Shown in pieces: positions 35,729 to 38,305 of a DNA stretch of 38,305 bases (positions are counted from its first letter, which is position 1; each line of letters begins with the position of its first letter). The stretch is from a virus (lineage: Duplodnaviria > Caudoviricetes). Location of the stretch: positions 1-38,305 of IMG/VR virus record IMGVR_UViG_3300026288_000092; one strand, given 5' to 3'. The notes under the pieces were generated by a model. The model was not told where the DNA came from, did no database searches, and worked only from the letters and a program-made list of their open reading frames with translations. A program made the position numbers and the translations under genes.

Positions 35729-38305
35729 TCAGGCAAAGCAATACCTGCTCGCCTTGACGGCCTCTAGGTCCAGAGAGCCAACGGGCGGTATCGGCGGGAA
35801 CTTCGCCGCCACCTCCGGGGCGACCAACTCAGCCATTGAGTCCTGGAAATTGCCAAGCACGTTTATCCCCCCGTAGATTTCCACGAACGCCTCGCGGACC
35901 GCCTTGAAATACACGTCCATGTCGCAGGCGTGGGTCCCGAACGAGTCATGGACCACGGCGAACGAGGTAACCCCGGACTCCTCGCCCCGGACCACAGTGA
36001 GGGTCAGGTGAGCGGCATCGCAGGAGTGGACGAAGTTCGGCGCAATGCCGTCCTCCATCTTCCGCACGTTCAGCCCGCCGTCCTTGCTCGGTTCCAGCAG
36101 CGGCAGGGTGAGACCACCGTGCAGGCTGGTCGTTACTCGGCGTGTACGCATGTCCGGGTACGCCTGCATCACTGGGAAGCCCACGGCGTTCTCCCAGCGG
36201 GCCGGGATGTTCTCCTTGGCGACCCGGTTAGCCACCGACTGGAGCCACTTCATCGCTGAGGTTGCCGCCACCAGGGTCTCCGTGACCGAAGCCCAGATTT
36301 TCTTGGCGAGGTAGCGGGCAGTCGCGTTCTTGTCCCCGGTGAACGGGTAGAGGTCCTTGTCGATGCTCCCATCAGGGCCTGTGGCGTGGGCCAGGGCCGG
36401 GTCCAGGATGTCGTCAAGGAGCTGGTCGGTGAACCCGTACTCTTTCGACCCGTAGGCGAGCGTCATCACCGGGCGCTTGGTCACCTTGCGTGTCACCCCG
36501 AACTCCAGCCACTGAGCGGCGAGGGTCTTGGTGCCCTGAATCACCACAGCCGCGCCATCCTTGGTGTGGCTTAGACTGTCCTCGGTGCCATGTTCCAGGT
36601 CTCGGCGCAGCTCGGCACTCACGGCGTCCGCCACGATCCGGTACACGTCCTGGGGCCGCTCCTCAGGGGTGAGGTTCACAGCGCGGGCGCCGCTGGGGTC
36701 TCGCAGCATGGCGCTGAAGTGTTGGATTCCCGAACACGAGCCGTCCATTGCCACCGACAGGTGCGACACGAAGCCGTCCGGGTCCGCCCGGTAATCGTTC
36801 CACTCGAAACAGAACGCCAGGAACTGCCAGGGGGAGTCGATAGCGATTTCGCCAATGGCTCGGCACCAGCCCCGGTTGTTCATCGGATCAGCGGCGCATG
36901 CCCGGATGGCCTCATCGTTATCCCAGACCCATTGCACACGCTCCTCGAAGGTCACCTTGTCGTTGCCGGCGAGGTTGGCCCCTTGGTAGGCCAGCCAGAA
37001 GGCCCCGCGCTCCCCCAAAGGCTTCCCCTCGGCGAACCTGAGGAGGCCCTTGGCGGGGTCAGCGCCTTGCGGGGATAGTCCAGAGGGGACAGAGTAGAGG
37101 CGCCCACGGTAGTCGTACTGGTAGGGGAAGTAGATTGCCGGGTACTTGGCGAACCTGTTGGCGGTGCCCAGCATCAAGTTGGTGGCGATGCGCTCGCCGC
37201 TCAGGCTCTTGTTTGCGGCCCAGGCGACGGCAGCGCGGCGGCGCCAGCTCCTGCGGGACTCCTCGTTGCTTGCGATGTCAGCCGGCTTTGGGGGGATAGG
37301 AACGCCACCACGGTGGGGCAGACCCGCCTCGGCAATGTCCTCATCCCACATGCTATTCATCACTTCCAGGACGCGGTTGTTCACTTGCCACCCCGTGTTC
37401 TGGACGTTGTTGATGGCCTCGTAGATCACAGGCATCTCGTAGTTGGGCAGCTCGGCGAGGAACCCCTGGTTGCGGGTTTTCACGAGCGGGTAGGGCCGCT
37501 TGGCGTAGGTTAAATAGCCCCCGAACTCCTCCGGCGACCAAGGCATAGGCGGGACCACCATCGGCTCGTGCTGTGGGCGCAGGGCCTCGGTTGCCGCGTT
37601 GCGTCGGTCGATCCAATCCAGGGCGGCTTGTGTCGGCAGCAACTCGTTGTACGTCTTACCTTTCCGGCCCCGTGCGGCTTGAACGTGGAACAGCCCCGTG
37701 GTCTCGATAACGAAGTCGATCAGGGCTAGTCCGATGTGGACCCGCTCATGCGCCGGCAGCTCGTCAACGACGCCCTTGAGGTGGCGGTGAACAAAAGTGC
37801 GGCGGAACTGGTGCGACACCCGCTCCGTGGCGTTTTTCACGAGCTTGCCCGCCTCCTTGGCGTCCTTTTCTCTCAGCTCCTCCAGGCGCATCTCGTCGTC
37901 CACCATTCGGCCAACCACAGAGGCCACCGAAGTGAGGTGGCGAGTTGATCGGATGCCAGCCACGCATCCCAGGAGAGCGAGGTATGCCGCCTTGCGGGGG
38001 TTGATCTTCCGCAAGTGCTTTGCGGAGGCGTGTCGCTTGCCGGGCTTGCCCGTATCCAAGGAGCGGAGGAATTCTTCGATGCGATCCGCGACCACAGCAT
38101 TGAACCGCTTCATCAAGGCGGTGCCGAAGCTCGTGCTGTTCTCCTGCTCACGCTGGCGAGCTGACTCCAGGTTGCGGTAATACGAATCTATCCCGCGTTC
38201 CATGATTTCCTGTTCGATCCGTAGCTGTTCCGAGACCATCTCGGGATCGAGAGAATCAAAGTAAATAGAAAAGGCGTCACCGCCCTTAAGGGATAAAACC
38301 GACAC
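35729..38305 (-). CDS. gp1: T7-type single-subunit RNA polymerase
   Basis: DYRGRLY, DGSCSGIQH, KRPVMTLAYG, PNFVHS, HDSFGT and C-terminal FA. Start lies at the window edge and is uncertain. Confidence 0.97.
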   Translation of the reverse strand: MSVLSLKGGDAFSIYFDSLDPEMVSEQLRIEQEIMERGIDSYYRNLESARQREQENSTSFGTALMKRFNAVVADRIEEFLRSLDTGKPGKRHASAKHLRKINPRKAAYLALLGCVAGIRSTRHLTSVASVVGRMVDDEMRLEELREKDAKEAGKLVKNATERVSHQFRRTFVHRHLKGVVDELPAHERVHIGLALIDFVIETTGLFHVQAARGRKGKTYNELLPTQAALDWIDRRNAATEALRPQHEPMVVPPMPWSPEEFGGYLTYAKRPYPLVKTRNQGFLAELPNYEMPVIYEAINNVQNTGWQVNNRVLEVMNSMWDEDIAEAGLPHRGGVPIPPKPADIASNEESRRSWRRRAAVAWAANKSLSGERIATNLMLGTANRFAKYPAIYFPYQYDYRGRLYSVPSGLSPQGADPAKGLLRFAEGKPLGERGAFWLAYQGANLAGNDKVTFEERVQWVWDNDEAIRACAADPMNNRGWCRAIGEIAIDSPWQFLAFCFEWNDYRADPDGFVSHLSVAMDGSCSGIQHFSAMLRDPSGARAVNLTPEERPQDVYRIVADAVSAELRRDLEHGTEDSLSHTKDGAAVVIQGTKTLAAQWLEFGVTRKVTKRPVMTLAYGSKEYGFTDQLLDDILDPALAHATGPDGSIDKDLYPFTGDKNATARYLAKKIWASVTETLVAATSAMKWLQSVANRVAKENIPARWENAVGFPVMQAYPDMRTRRVTTSLHGGLTLPLLEPSKDGGLNVRKMEDGIAPNFVHSCDAAHLTLTVVRGEESGVTSFAVVHDSFGTHACDMDVYFKAVREAFVEIYGGINVLGNFQDSMAELVAPEVAAKFPPIPPVGSLDLEAVKASRYCFA
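38231..38252. promoter_or_regulatory. Degenerate operator in RNAP 5' end
   Basis: CGAGACCATCTCGGGATCGAGA: 11/14 core match with the exact CGAGA-N3 flank. Confidence 0.5.

Larger units (their letters stand above)
1..38305 (-). mobile_element. Temperate T7-like (Autographiviridae-type) phage or prophage, permuted between integrase and RNA polymerase
   Basis: Full T7-like gene order from RNAP to large terminase, plus integrase and HTH repressor. No host flanks are visible, so att sites cannot be seen. Confidence 0.93.

Noticed and set aside
1..38305. tRNA genes, att core repeats, introns/inteins, DGR
   Set aside because: None recognisable; core genes are uninterrupted and the window is trimmed at gene boundaries.

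Overview
Near-complete genome of a T7-like phage (Autographiviridae-type), almost entirely on the minus strand. Read from 38305 downward it encodes: single-subunit RNA polymerase, replication genes (SSB, endonuclease I, amidase, primase-helicase, PolA, gp5.7, exonuclease), virion genes (portal, scaffold, capsid, tail tubes, ejectosome gp13-16, tail fibre) and terminases. A non-coding genome-end region, an early operon, a MarR-like HTH gene and an intact tyrosine integrase follow. The map is permuted between int and RNAP, as expected for a prophage or temperate T7-like phage. The strongest unexplained structure is a candidate lysogeny circuit. A 22-bp motif (YGAGA-N3-TCCCGATATCGAGA) sits in the sigma70 early promoter, inside the early operon, in the int 3' end, upstream of the repressor, at the capsid RBS and in the RNAP 5' end. 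There are only three identical 30-bp phage promoters but about ten intrinsic terminators. An IHF-consensus site plus an arm-like motif occurs both at the int end and next to the presumed genome termini. Accessory cargo includes an HExxH metallopeptidase-like insert in gp16, an antisense Rap1a-like secreted protein, an SGNH/HTH/GNAT block, a GTA-type holin within the head genes and a beta-clamp-like early protein. All family calls come from motif recognition by eye, not database searches.
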